A DNA stretch of 63,557 nt, counting the filler, from Octopus bimaculoides (Eukaryota), in the NCBI RefSeq assembly GCF_001194135.2. It is 4 parts of 3 records of this genome, joined end to end, with 100 filler letters (N's around TTAATTAATTAA, not from the genome) between each part and the next. Parts side by side here need not be neighbours in the genome. Positions count along the whole stretch, not along the records: positions 27,757 to 58,130 come from NC_068983.1; positions 58,231 to 63,557 come from NC_068987.1; 2 more parts are not named here. One strand, 5' to 3'. This document shows, in pieces, positions 51,136 to 63,557 of this stretch; within the stretch, counting starts at the first letter, position 1, and every line of letters starts with the position of its first letter. The position numbers were made by a program, and so were the translations under genes. Under the pieces are notes generated by a model, which ran no database searches, was not told the origin of the DNA, and worked only from the letters and a program-made list of their open reading frames with translations.

Positions 51136-52140
51136 AGATATATGTATGCTGAAAGCCAGTTCTAAACCTTTGAAATACAAATCAGGTTCAATGGTATTCC
51201 TCAACTTTCCAATTATTTGCCAGTACTGTAATCTTTAACTTCTAAGTACCTGAACAGTTAAATTCTGAAGTTTACTGACCCTCTCATATCTTCTTTTGCA
51301 TTTTCGTCATACTTCAACACAACCATTATTTCTTCCCCATAATTCTTCTTACACAGCCCTTCTGCAGCAGCTGTCAGTCCCTGATTCATTAACTGATTGA
51401 TTGAAGATTTGTGAGGAACCAATTTGTTGTTTAACTTTACTATCTCTTTTAACTAATCTCTCAGCATTGTCAAAAAAGCATGTGAATGTTTAAATTATGA
51501 AGAGAAATCTTCTAAAAAAAAAAGATCTGTCCCAAAGCTGATAAGAGACAAAAATGGTTGAACTTCAAATCAGAAAATATCAAGTAAACCCAGCACATTT
51601 TGACCTGGTGAATATTATAGGTAACTGATTTGTAATATTTTTGAGGGAGAGGTTTATGTGATTTTTTTTTTTACCCCATGAGCTTCAAACAATGCAAGCC
51701 ATCAGGATTTGCCAGTAATACAGCAGAAATTCAGTTCCTTTTTTAATCTTGTCACCTTAGCTTCCTTACTTGGAAGTTCATAGTATTTCAGACACAGCTT
51801 CATAGGACAAACCAGTTTCATCAGCATTTAACTATCTGATAAGATCAGGCCTCCATTTATAAATTTTCTTTGCAAAGGATCTCCACTCAAAGATTTGCCT
51901 GGGGCTTTTTTGTTTACATTATCAGGCATTTTCTTTAAAAGGCCACAGGCACCCATCAATTACCTTAACATTAAGTGCCAGGAGTTATTATAGTTTAACA
52001 TACAGATGTCAACTTGAGGCATTATATATTCACACTGCAAAATCTCTCTTGAACATACTGTTAGCTTCTTCTAAGTTTTCTTCTTCCCCATCCAATTTTC
52101 TACTACAAACTGCAGAGCCAAATTTACTACTACTAACAAT

Positions 52141-53010
52141 AGGTGGTATCAAAAGGTTCCCAGACTAGTTACGTTTAATAAAAATAACTTATTTACCTAA
52201 GTTTTAACATAATCTCCTTCATAATAATCACCTTGCACAGCAATACACCAGTCCCAGTGTTCCTGCCAGTTTTAGAATCTGGCCTGGAAGTCATTTTCCA
52301 TTAGTGAGTCGAGGACATTCTGTGATTCAGTCTGGATCTTGACATCAGTGTTAAAACAGTGACCTCTCAGCTGCATTTTCATCTTGGGAAGAGATGGAAG
52401 TCTGCAAGTGCTAAATCTGGCAAATAGGGTTGTTTGTGGTGACAGACTTACAAATGAAGAGAGCTCAGAGAAGAATCCAATTCTCTGTGCTCCACAGATC
52501 CATCCGTTTTTGCCAAATGTTCTCCCTCAAATGCTTCAAAATGTCGCAGCAGAACTCTCAATTGATAGTCTGGCCCTGGAGGATAAATTCTTGATGCACA
52601 ATGCCACATTTCCAGTGGTGATGCTTGTGACAGGTTTCTCAGTCACTCATCATCTTCCTGGAACATTGTTCTGCTTTGGAAGTGTCCGTGCCACTCAAAA
52701 CATTCATATAACCCATTTTCTCATTGCCATAAGCTTGCTGAAGCATGCTAAATGTCTCTGTAGTAGGCTTTCCAAGTTTAAGGCAAAATTTCACGTTGGC
52801 TCTTTACTCTTGTCCTTGACAAAATCAAAGACTACTGCATACACATGATCACAAAAACACAAATTTCACAACTTACAAAGTAAATACAGCAATGTCACTT
52901 GGCACACTGCCTCGCGAAGGTCACTGCTAGCTCTCATTGTGCACACAACTGTGTTCTATCATGTGATGGCATGCTGCAGAACTAGGCTGGGAATTTTTGA
53001 TACCACCTTG
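52141..53010 (-). mobile_element. Internally deleted mariner element (TIRs differ from 28684-29568)
   Basis: TIRs AGGTGGTATCAAAAGGTTCCCAGACTAGTT and AACTAGGCTGGGAATTTTTGATACCACCT. The minus strand encodes RANVKFCLKLGKPTTETFSMLQQAYGNE and a GDYYEGD C-terminus. Confidence 0.8.
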
Positions 53011-53576
53011 CAATATATTAGTGGGCTGAAGAAAACATGAAATTCAGTGCAGAAAAATTTCAAGCACCCCACCATCAGCTCACAAACATAAGAATTGGGG
53101 TATTGTGATCCTAAAGTCACAATCAGTGAGTGATCTTGGAAGCCAGATGAGTAATGATGCATCACTGAGAAAAGATAACTGGCAAACAGGATTCTCAGTT
53201 CATTTAGAACAAGATTAAAGGAAAACCTGTTGATTCTGCGCAGAACATTTGTTTTCAGTAGCCTGGACATCCCAATTATGGTTTCTACATAGCACCAAAT
53301 TAATAGCAGAGCTCAAGGCAATCCAACAGTGTTACACTAAGAAGATTGCCTCAGTGCAACAGTTGAGCTACTGGGAGAGGGTAAAACAACTCAGGCTCTA
53401 TTCCCTGGAGTGAAGACATGAAAGCTGGATAGTGATGTTTATAAAGAAGATCTGAAAGAGCTAGCTCCTAACTTTAGTATTGAACACTATATCAATCACC
53501 ACACTGGACACCCTTACATATTACCAAACGTATAATCAATCTAGATTAAGGATCTGTTATAATAGCTTAGAATTCA

Positions 53577-54953
53577 CCTGCTTCTTCAATGCTTTAGTAA
53601 GCATCCGTGTTTCAGCCCTGTGTAGAACAGACTCCACTGTTGCCAGAAACAACCTCACTTTCAATTTCCTTGCTAACTGTGAACTCCATGGCATGTGCTC
53701 CAGGCAAGAGCTTTCCTTGCTATGATGTCTTTTTCAGTACTTTGTGTCCATGCACCAAGGTATTTGAAATTTTCAACTACCTTCAGTGACTTACCTTCTC
53801 TCACTGACATAGGCATTTCGTGATTGAATACTTGCAGCTCTGTTTTGTTTACTTTACAGCACAATCCTACCTTCCCTGATTCCTACTCTAATCTGCTCAG
53901 CACCTCATGTGCCTCATTTGTCCTCTCTGTTAGTATTGCCAGGTCATCAGCATAGTCTAGGTCAGTTACTGTTACTGCTTGATGCAGTCTACTTCTTTGC
54001 CTATGCAGTTTGAATCCCAGTTCTTCTTCCTTGCCCTTGTACATTCTACACATTACATAGTCCAGAACGATGGTGAAGAGATAAGGTGCTAGTGTGTCGT
54101 CTTGTAATATTCTGGCTTTGACTTCAAAGTATTCCGCCTCTCCATCAGGAGTGATCACTTTTGCTCTGGTGTCCTCATAAAGCTTACTTATTGTTCTCAG
54201 AATTCTTGGTGGAATATCATATGCTTTAAGTATCTTAATCATCATTCCTGTATGTACTGAATCAAAAGCCTTTTTAAAGTCTACATAGATAATGACAGCC
54301 TTCCTGTTATGGCTCTTAACTCCTTCTATCAGTCTTCTAAGTGCAACAATGTGAGATGTTGTTGACCATCTTGATCTGAATTCATTTTGATCTGGTCACA
54401 ATTGTTTGTCTATCTTATGTTGTATTCAGTTAAGTGTTGTCTTGTTGATCGTTTTTGCAACAATGGAAGACAGACTGATTCCTCTGTAATTCTCAATATC
54501 ACTTAGATCTCCATTTTTGGGTAGTGTTAGCAAGTCTATCTCAGACCATTGTTCTGGCTTCACATTGTCATTTAATAGTTTGCTTGCAAATTCAAGGATG
54601 ATGTCGTCTAAATGACACTCAATGTCTCCTGCAAGAGTCATACAACAAATGCCAGTTTATACCGGGGACTACCAAAGGTAACATTGACGATACAGCATAG
54701 AAGAATGAGGCTAGCTAGACACTGCATCAGACACACCGATGAAATTGCTAACAAGCTAGTGCTCTGGCAACCAACAGAAGGAAGAACCAAGAGGTGAAGA
54801 GGAAGACAACCTATATGGACAACTTACTGGAAGATACTGGTATAGAAGGGGTACAGGAGCTGAGGACCATTATGGAAGATCGAGGGGAATGGGGGAAAAC
54901 ATGTGGAAACAGTTTTGGGGCATCCTATGAGACGACCTGGATGAGATAGATGA
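53577..54953. mobile_element. RTE-like LINE with an inverted 5' segment, flanked by a 9-bp TSD
   Basis: 53577 to about 54612 encodes RT on the minus strand (NYRGISL, DFKKAFDS, DTLAPYLF, YADDL, FKYLG). About 54612-54953 encodes the following ORF2 end on the plus strand (LNVSCKSHTTN...RRMRLARHCIRH). TAGAATTCA occurs at 53568-53576 and 54954-54962. Confidence 0.88.
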
Positions 54954-56812
54954 TAGAATTCAATGGCCCATAACTTTTCAGTACCATGCTGGAAAATTTC
55001 AGAGATTTATGAAATGTAGATGTGGATGTCTTCAAAAGGCTGTAGATATCTTTTTATCTGAGAAATCAGATGAATCTATGTCATGGCAAGAAATGCAAAT
55101 AAGGGTGGCAATGGCCAACTTTCCTATTCGTCAGAATCAAATATGGAATAGGGAGTCAGGTAGTGAAAGGAAATAAACTAACAATCATACCAATGGTGGT
55201 GCTCCAGCATGGCCACAGCCTCTGATTGAAACAAGTAAAAGTAAATATGTGTGTGTGAGAGTGTGTGTGTTTATACACACACAAATATTACATAGAAAAG
55301 GGTAAATGGAGACTTATATGAATGAGAAAATTTTAGATTATCTTTTGGAGTAAATATTACAAGTAAAATAAACAGAAAGAAATTGTTCATTTCCTCTGTT
55401 GAACTGTATTGTGTTAAAATTCACTTTTAAGTTAAAGTATTTCACTAAGTTGACAACATTTATAGTTTGGTTGTAACTCTAAAATGATATAATGTTTAAT
55501 AAGTTTATTGTAAATATTAATAAACATAACTTAAACTGCATTATTCTACTTCTATGGTGATACTGGGAAGAACATATCAGCATTGATAAACAAGAAATAA
55601 CACATTACCTGTAATTTTCAACAAATATGAGATAGAGACAAAAATCTAAATTCTATCAGGACTCTACCATTCTATAAGAGAATATGTGGGTAATAAAACA
55701 TTAATTTTCGAGTACACTTTCTTGATAGCTACCAAAATTCTTTTATCATTTAATCTGTAAAAGGTTATTGGTTCCCATTAAAATGTCCTTTATTTGAAGT
55801 ATAACATGTACTGTTTCAAGAAATTAAGTGAGTTTCACTGGATTGACATTTTTCTTCAATTTCATTTCTTTGAATTAGTTTGAGTCTTCAGATCAACCAA
55901 TGAAAATACTGTGTTCTGTAATAATAATTAACAGTATTTTATTGAAGAATGCATAAAGCTTGGCTAACTGCCAATGAAACATCGATGCTGCAGCATTAAG
56001 TATTTCTTAGCTTTTCAAAGTAAAGCCATCATTACTTTCCATTCTGTTTTGCTGCTTTCCTGTCAAATTGGCAAAGAAATAGTAAAATCATAAACTACAG
56101 CAATTAAAACAGTTTCAACCATTTAATGCAGGTAGTAAAGAACAAACTAACTAATTCCATTATATGAAGTTGACTTGTTTTAAGACCATTGGCTTAAATA
56201 CTTCACAAGGAATAGGTTAATTCTTTTTATTCTTGAGTCTAAATTAAAATTATCACAACAGATTTTAATTTGTCTTGTTTGAGCTGATTTTATCATTGTT
56301 TTCGAGTTGCTTTGATATTTTCTTTCAATGAAAGAGAAATTCAATCACAAAATTTTATCTATGCCGTACCCACTCTTTCCTTCTTTGCTTTTTTTTTTTT
56401 TCGTCTCTATGGCCAGTTATTCAGTTTTAGAATAAATTTCTCTAGTTTGAAATTACTGAAGTTCTAATAACATATCATAGAAAAATAAAAAATGTAGTTC
56501 CTAGTAGTAACAAAAGTTACATATAAACTGTAGTCCACCAGAAAGTATTGCACTAGAGATTGTTCTATTTCAATATTTATAAACAGAAATGTTAACTGAA
56601 GAATAATACCTTTAATTAAGCTTAAATATCAAAATTCTTGGTACTAACTACTTGACCTTTTCAATAGAACAAGAAATATTCATATTAAAATTTTTTCTGT
56701 TTGCAGCCATATTCTTAGAACTTCTTGTATGTCATACATTAACATAGATTAGTACCTTAATGTTTCAAGGAAACAGTAATTACTATAGCAAAAATGTATC
56801 TGTTCATTTTAA

Positions 56813-57850
56813 CCCTCCATTGCTATGGTGGGTTATTAAAACACTATTAGCACAGTGGAGTGTAATTTACCCCAGGTATTTTATTTTATTTTTTTACAAT
56901 TATTTATTAAGATTTTCTGTACACATTGTCTCTCAAAAGACATTTCAATCTTACAGAAAGAAAATCTCATGTATTGGACAATTGAAATAGGAATGAAAAA
57001 CTATCAAGACAGGCAAACAAAAAAGAACAGACATTTATTTTAGTAAACCATTTGGTGTTTACTATCTAGTCTTTGTCACTACTTACATTCTCATCATCCT
57101 CATCATCCTCACCATGACAGTGAACACAAACCATGGAGGAATGATCCAAGCACATGGGTTTCAAACACCTTTTACATCTATTAATTGTTTCTTGATCTGT
57201 TGATCTGGGGCACAATGTGCATCTTTGTTGAGAACTTTCCTGACAGTGCTTCGGAAGTAATTCCGCCAAAGCCATCATAATTAGATATTATATAAACAAG
57301 AACACAAATACATATTATGTTGTGTATGCCACAACTGAACCTTAGGACACATACAGAAGATAAAAAAGAAAATATACGCTTTAGAAAAATTACCTATAAG
57401 AAAAGTGTGAAGGGATTTGCTACACTCCAAGATGCAATTACTGTATGTATACTCCCTCTCTTTGCCAACAGCAGATTGAGAAACCTGGTGTATCAATTCA
57501 GTGGGCATTGGCAGGAAATTACATAGGAGGATACTTGTTTCATTGTAAGATATTTGTAAACAAACATCACTTGGGGTAAGCTACATCCCACTTCACTAAA
57601 AGAAAGTTAAATTTGTTCTGACAGATTTGAACTTGAATACCAAATTTTTATTGTTTTTGTCATCAGAGAACATCTCCTTTTAGACAATGAATGTTCATAG
57701 AAGTGTACTTCATAGATACCAAGAGATCCTGAGACACCATGGTGTTTCATCCTTATTATGTGTCTCTCAGTCAAAGCTACCCTTGACTGGTAACAGATGT
57801 ACAGGCTCTTGTCTGTAAAAATTAGCTGAAGCAGTGTATATGTTGGCATA
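56813..57850 (-). mobile_element. piggyBac-like transposon 3' relic
   Basis: TTAA|CCCT terminus at 56809-56816. Cys-rich C-terminal domain RCTLCPRSTDQETINRCKRCLKPMCLDHSSMVCVHC on the minus strand. The upstream core is heavily decayed. Confidence 0.6.
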
Positions 57851-58130
57851 CATATTTACTAGCACATTTTTCTCAATACAAATTCGCACAAAATTGAAAT
57901 CCATTTTGTATGTGTGTAAATTTATGTCAAGTCAAAGGGAAAATGCTTAATATTTCTTTATATAATGTTTATGAAAGTAAACTAGACCAGTATGGTTTGT
58001 AGCCTCCTATTTTGAGTTTCAATCCAAACAAAGTCAGCATTAATTCCTATCTTCCAATAAGTTACTGAATTCAACAAAATTAACTGAGTCAAATAAAAAT
58101 CATTATATATATATATATATATATATATAT

Positions 58131-58230
58131 NNNNNNNNNNNNNNNNNNNNNNNNNNNNNNNNNNNNNNNNNNNNTTAATTAATTAANNNNNNNNNNNNNN
58201 NNNNNNNNNNNNNNNNNNNNNNNNNNNNNN
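58131..58230. other. Synthetic scaffolding linker N44-TTAATTAATTAA-N44
   Basis: Same 100-bp design as the other two linkers. Confidence 0.9.
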
Positions 58231-58656
58231 TATATATATATATATATATATATATTTATCAGTCATCTGTGTGTGTATATATGAAAGAATCAATGTGTGT
58301 CTGAGTCTGTTTTTATATGTTCTTGTGTATGTGTATTTCACTAAATTAATACTGAACTTATGCCATGCACCCAAATATTATCATCAAATTGCTTTAAAAA
58401 CAAATTAGCCACGTTCTCTTGAACAGGCAATACTTAATGAAATGAGGCTTTCTATACTTAACTCTGTATCGATATATACATATATACATACATACACATA
58501 TACACACTTACATAAATGTATGCATCCATGTATGCATACATACATATGCATATTTACATGTAAACAGACATGCACATACATCATTGGAAACGTATATGAA
58601 TATATAGTATATATATACACATATATGTACACATATATATATTTATATACACACAA

Positions 58657-58689
<33 letters not shown>

Positions 58690-58707
58690 CATATATNNNN
58701 NNNNNNA

Positions 58708-58742
<35 letters not shown>

Positions 58743-59399
58743 CGACACCTCTGTATGTGGGGATATATGCATGCAATAAATGTCGACTATATACTAATTT
58801 TACCACGCAGGCTTACACACAACCATTTGATAGTAGCGAATATACGATTTGCACTTACTTAACTTTGCATTGATGTGACTGTATAGATAGAAAGGTTTAA
58901 ATAATTTGATAGACCTGCTGATATCAAGCGGTGCCGTGGCTGTCTAGTAAGAAGCTTTTTTCCCAACCTTGTCTTTTCAGGTTCACTGTCACTGAGAGGC
59001 ATATATGGGGTGGATGTAGGCATCTTGAGAACAAAACTGTAGCTCTTCTCGTCTAGAGTTCCGGATGAAGGGTCCACGCATCAAGAAACGCAGATGAGGG
59101 TAGCAACAACAAATTCCGTTAATCACCAAATGGCACATAACAGAGGAGGTTTCATGAAAGTGTAACAAAGCTAATAGCGGTCCCTCAGCATGGCTGCAGC
59201 TCTCGAGTGAAAACTCGTAAATTAAAAAAAACAAAAACAGATAAAGACACATTCCAGAAAGCTGCAAGATTCGACGAGCACCACAAAACAAGAATGGGTA
59301 CAAGAAACATATTGTCAGAGTTCAAGTTAAATCTGAAAATAAGAATTTCGTAATTAAGCGTCCGTTTTGTTCAAGCACTATCTTTGGTATTATTACATT

Positions 59400-59960
59400 T
59401 CAAGAATAATGCATGCCCCCAATGGAAATAATTGGAATCAAATGTGGTGCACTTGACAAAATGATTGCTCGGATTGATGAGGCTATATTTAAATTAAATG
59501 GTTCGATTAAACTCCACATTTGCACTTACTGATGGCCTGACAAACGGTATATTGGGCATGAACATTATGTTAATGTACCAGGTGTTACAATGTGGTGCTG
59601 CTTATCATCGAAAGGATTAATTTGACGATTCTGTTTGGAGGAAGTTGTGACTTACCCCATTGACTTACACTTGTAATAAAAAAACTGTCAGGTTAAGCAT
59701 TCAAGAGTATTTAATTTGCAAAGAAATTAGGCTCCAGACGATACCATTTTTATGTATGTACGGATCTACCTTGATGATATTTTTGTTCACCAAGTAGATT
59801 GGACGAAGAGGTTCAATAGAATACATTCCGCTTGCCTAAACGTTACACTTTCATTATGATTCATAAAAGATAAATTTAACTCCCAAAACCGGCAACAGAC
59901 TAAGAATTGAGGTCATCTATTGCTTTGGAATGCGCACTAAAACCAAACGAAAGTTTTCTT
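59400..59960 (+). mobile_element. IS630-Tc1-mariner transposase relic (DD41D/Visitor-like catalytic region)
   Basis: IDEAIFKLNGSIKLHICTY*W...NVPGVTMWCCLSSKGLI..FCLEEVVT and a later VRIYLDDIF...IKDK segment. Confidence 0.55.
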
Positions 59961-60172
59961 GATGCTTACCATTCCATTGCCTGACATTAGCATTAGTGCC
60001 TGGACCAGAACGCTCTACACTTTGAAAACAGGCTTTCATAAAACAATTACAGTCTCTCTGCAGATTCTATTAAATTTCGAAAATTAAATGTGATTTAATT
60101 GCTACTGACTCGATAATCATTACCATTCAATGTGTCTATTTTATTTTTGCAGGGTGGCAATCATATATATAA

Positions 60173-60207
<35 letters not shown>

Positions 60208-60374
60208 TGTGTGTGTGTGTGTGAGTGTGTGTGTGTGTGTGTGTGTGTATGAGTTTGAACTCAAATACATACATCGATACACACACACAGATAAAAAGAT
60301 AGGTAAATAGATAGATAGATAGATAGACAGAGATAGATAGATAGATATAGAGAGAGATAGATAGATAGATAGAT

Positions 60375-60405
<31 letters not shown>

Positions 60406-61943
60406 TAGGGGAGAAAAATGGTGGTATATGAGGGGTTTAGGGTGAGCGTTTTACTGCAGGCCGTTCTGGTTACTCCGAGTATTGTAACGTGTACTCCAGC
60501 ACAACTTTTTCAATGGAAAGTTGATCGGTGAATAATGCTGTTTTATTTAAACCGGGAAAGCATTTCTGCACATACTAATTCACAATAAAAATTTTCATGC
60601 GTAATATAAGCAATAATGATGAAATACATCCAATTCTGTAGTTAAGTCCAGTACTAGACTGGTATTTTACTTCGCGACTCAAAAAAAAAAATAAAAAGTA
60701 AAAGAAAATTAAAACTCGACGTTAGTTAGCATCGCTGGAATTCGAAATCAGACAGCAAAGCATTGGTAAAAATAAAAAATGTTATTGCAGCCTACTACGT
60801 AACAACGATTCTGCCTATTCACTTACTTGCTGACGTCACAATCTCATAATCAACAAAGATTGTGACGTATACCATTCGAAAAATATTTTCACTTTTTACT
60901 TTTTTCAGTTGCCTAACTGACGCTACAAGTCAACTTCTTAAGGATAATATATAATTCTTTGATTGCTTGCATTCAATTAGTTCATATATTTATCTTGTTG
61001 AATTGTAATTTATACTTGAAAAATGCCAAGTAGAATGAGAAAATTCTGCGACCGCGTACGCCGTTTCTTCGGCTGCGCAAATCGCTCTCTTACCCCAACT
61101 GTGATACACGTTAACAGCAAAAATACCTTCTACCGCCCAGCCGGAAAGGATTATCAATTTCATGCAAAGACTACCAATGGCGATGNNNNNNNNNNNNNNN
61201 NNNNNNNNNNNNNNNNNNNNNNNNNNNNNNNNNNNNNNNNNNNNNNNNNNNNNNNNNNNNNNNNNNNNNNNNNNNNNNNNNNNNNNNNNNNNNNNNNNNN
61301 NNNNNNNNNNNNNNNNNNNNNNNNNNNNNNNNNNNNNNNNNNNNNNNNNNNNNNNNNNNNNNNNNNNNNNNNNNNNNNNNNNNNNNNNNNNNNNNNNNNN
61401 NNNNNNNNNNNNNNNNNNNNNNNNNNNNNNNNNNNNNNNNNNNNNNNNNNNNNNATAAATGTAAGAAAAATAGAATGAAATGGCAAAGCTAAAAGAAACA
61501 TTCATTATTATATAAACGGCTGATACGGAGAAAATATATAGCAACAATAAAAATCATGTAAAAATGAGATGAAAGGATAACAAATAAAACAACACTGATA
61601 CATAATACCTATTTAGTATAAACGATAAGTAGATTAATAATCCGTTGATTATTTAGGACCCTAGAATATAAATATCAGAATTTCAATTCACATGTTAAAA
61701 ATATATATCTTCGCTAAAGAGAAAAATGTTTTCTTTTCCAGTCCTGAGATCTGATGAGGACGATAACTAAACACACGTGGAAATGGAAGTCTGGATATAA
61801 TTACATTATGAGCAAAACCTGCGGAGATTATAAAATTGCTGCATTTCTGCCTTGAATAATGAATTAGACAAATGGTGGAGGTAAAGTGCCATGTTTATAT
61901 TGATTACATCACATCAACCACACACCGACAAAACCTGCAAAAC

Positions 61944-61974
<31 letters not shown>

Positions 61975-62280
61975 GCACGCACAAAATAACAACAATACCA
62001 GGCATTATTAGAATATTAAATTTTCGAATCTTCAATCGAGAACATTAGGAGAAATAAGAAAGCGTCGTTCGATCGGTACTAAAATGGATTTTCTGATAAC
62101 TGTCATCCGGAAATTGTAAGAATATTCCGGAATAGGGACCTCAAATTTGGAGGATTTCATCTCTGAGTTACCACGTCTACATTACTGTCTTTTACTCTAT
62201 TAAAAGCTAAGTTATACAGTTGTTCTAACTGTATAATACAAGCTACAAAGTGTTCCAAATATCCCACATTTGTGTGCTAC

Positions 62281-62344
62281 TGTATCAACATAACCATTGT
62301 CAAGCAAGATGGTGTATCAACATAACCACTGTCAAGCAAGATGG
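62281..62344 (+). repeat. Tandem duplication of a 32-bp unit
   Basis: TGTATCAACATAACCA(T/C)TGTCAAGCAAGATGG twice, with one mismatch. Confidence 0.9.
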
Positions 62345-63557
62345 TGAAAATAAATATTCTTGCTTTTACACTGACTGGTGTGAGGATTTGTAAACTGCTT
62401 GAACTGTTCAGAGTTTTCTTTGTGTATCGATATCTATCGATATCTATTCACTGGTTAGCGATTATTAAATCTCCAGTCTGATCACTTTCTGAATCTTGCA
62501 CAGTTACTGGACGAATGCCCTTGAAATTTTGCTAATATGATGCAAGCCGTGAATTTGTAAGTGTGTCTGGATCATCCGGGCGAACGTATGTAAGGTTGAA
62601 GGAACCGAAATCATCAACAATTTTCAGGAACGGTATTTAGGGTGGATTCCAGTGCCGTTGAGGGATATGTTTAAACATTGAGAGAATATAATTTCTAATC
62701 AAGAATACATCAGAACTGAAATTATGTTTATAAGTACTTGGTTTAAAAGATGAAAGTAAATAGCTCCAATAACAGATAGAATACGGTAGCGTTAAAGTAA
62801 TAAAACATTTGATAGCAAGGATATATGAAGTGAAATGTGTAAAAATCTGGCAGCAGCTTTACGGAGGATGTAGCAATCGGATAAAAGGATAACAGTTGAG
62901 AGAACTATCAAATAAACTGAGATGAGATGGGAGAGAAATATTGGAATAAAATTACAGTCATACTAGTTAAACAGGAATTGATATTATAACAGTTTAAATT
63001 TGTTTTTAAACTTCAGAGAGACTTTATAATATTCTATATTTAAATACAAAGAATGACTTCATATCTCAGTTCTTCTGAAAATACAAGAAAGAATACATCT
63101 TTGATATGTAACTCCTGAGAAATTCATATCAAGGCATCTATCTATAATGCAAGTGATATATTCCTGAAATAGAAACGTACCACATTCCCATTTAGTGCCT
63201 AATGAATTTCATATCACAAAGGTTAATAGCTTTTGTTAGCTAAACTTAAAATCATTTTTTGTTCTGGTGTTTGAAAACATTCTTTGAATTGAACATGGTT
63301 GAAACTCTACCTAATGACACATGGAGCCCAGAGAATAATGACGAGAATGTGAACAAAGCTGAGAATATGGAAAGATTTCTGCCTTACCGCTTACAGTACA
63401 TATACATTCAACATGGAGGAGGTGACGTTATAATTTATTGTATATTATTTATGTGACAATCCCATATACGCACAACTTCACGCATAATTCTATTATATGA
63501 CAAAGCAAAACATACACTCACAAACATGAAAAATAAACAGTATAACGAAACTAAAAC

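Noticed and set aside
59061-59092. CCGGATGA...GAAAC hammerhead-like spacing
   Set aside because: No stem II pairing, no GUH triplet and no stem I.
62504-62556. ttgcacag acceptor and GTAAGT donor pair
   Set aside because: Stops in all three frames. It could only be non-coding and has no supporting evidence.

Overview
AT-rich, microsatellite- and transposon-dense animal genomic DNA from a gapped draft assembly. The repeat landscape strongly suggests an octopod cephalopod (inference, not verified). One host gene is supported: four phase-consistent + strand coding exons (28497-28640, 33402-33584, 36774-37027, 37786-37924; 720 nt, 240 codons) of a Tiam1/still life-type Rac GEF, covering the end of the N-terminal PH domain, the coiled coil, the Ex region and the start of the RBD. 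No other exon of this gene was confidently found. A candidate alternative first or cassette exon lies at 47056-47118. The rest is mostly decayed mobile DNA: hAT, several Tc1/mariner lineages, a pogo/Tigger-like MITE, piggyBac, a Helitron-like element, RTE-like LINEs, an R4-like RLE LINE, a Penelope RT fragment, an unclassified long-TIR element and at least four SINE families. The best leads are a repeated non-canonical minimal hammerhead-ribozyme-like motif, a TSD-flanked 5'-inverted (twin-priming-type) non-L1 LINE, a LINE ORF2 ending in three C2H2 fingers, and the candidate Tiam1 internal exon. Three synthetic 100-bp linkers split the window into blocks of visibly different CpG content, so contiguity is uncertain. 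No CRISPR array, rRNA or genuine tRNA gene is supported. All coordinates were counted by eye. TE boundaries without TIRs or TSDs are approximate.
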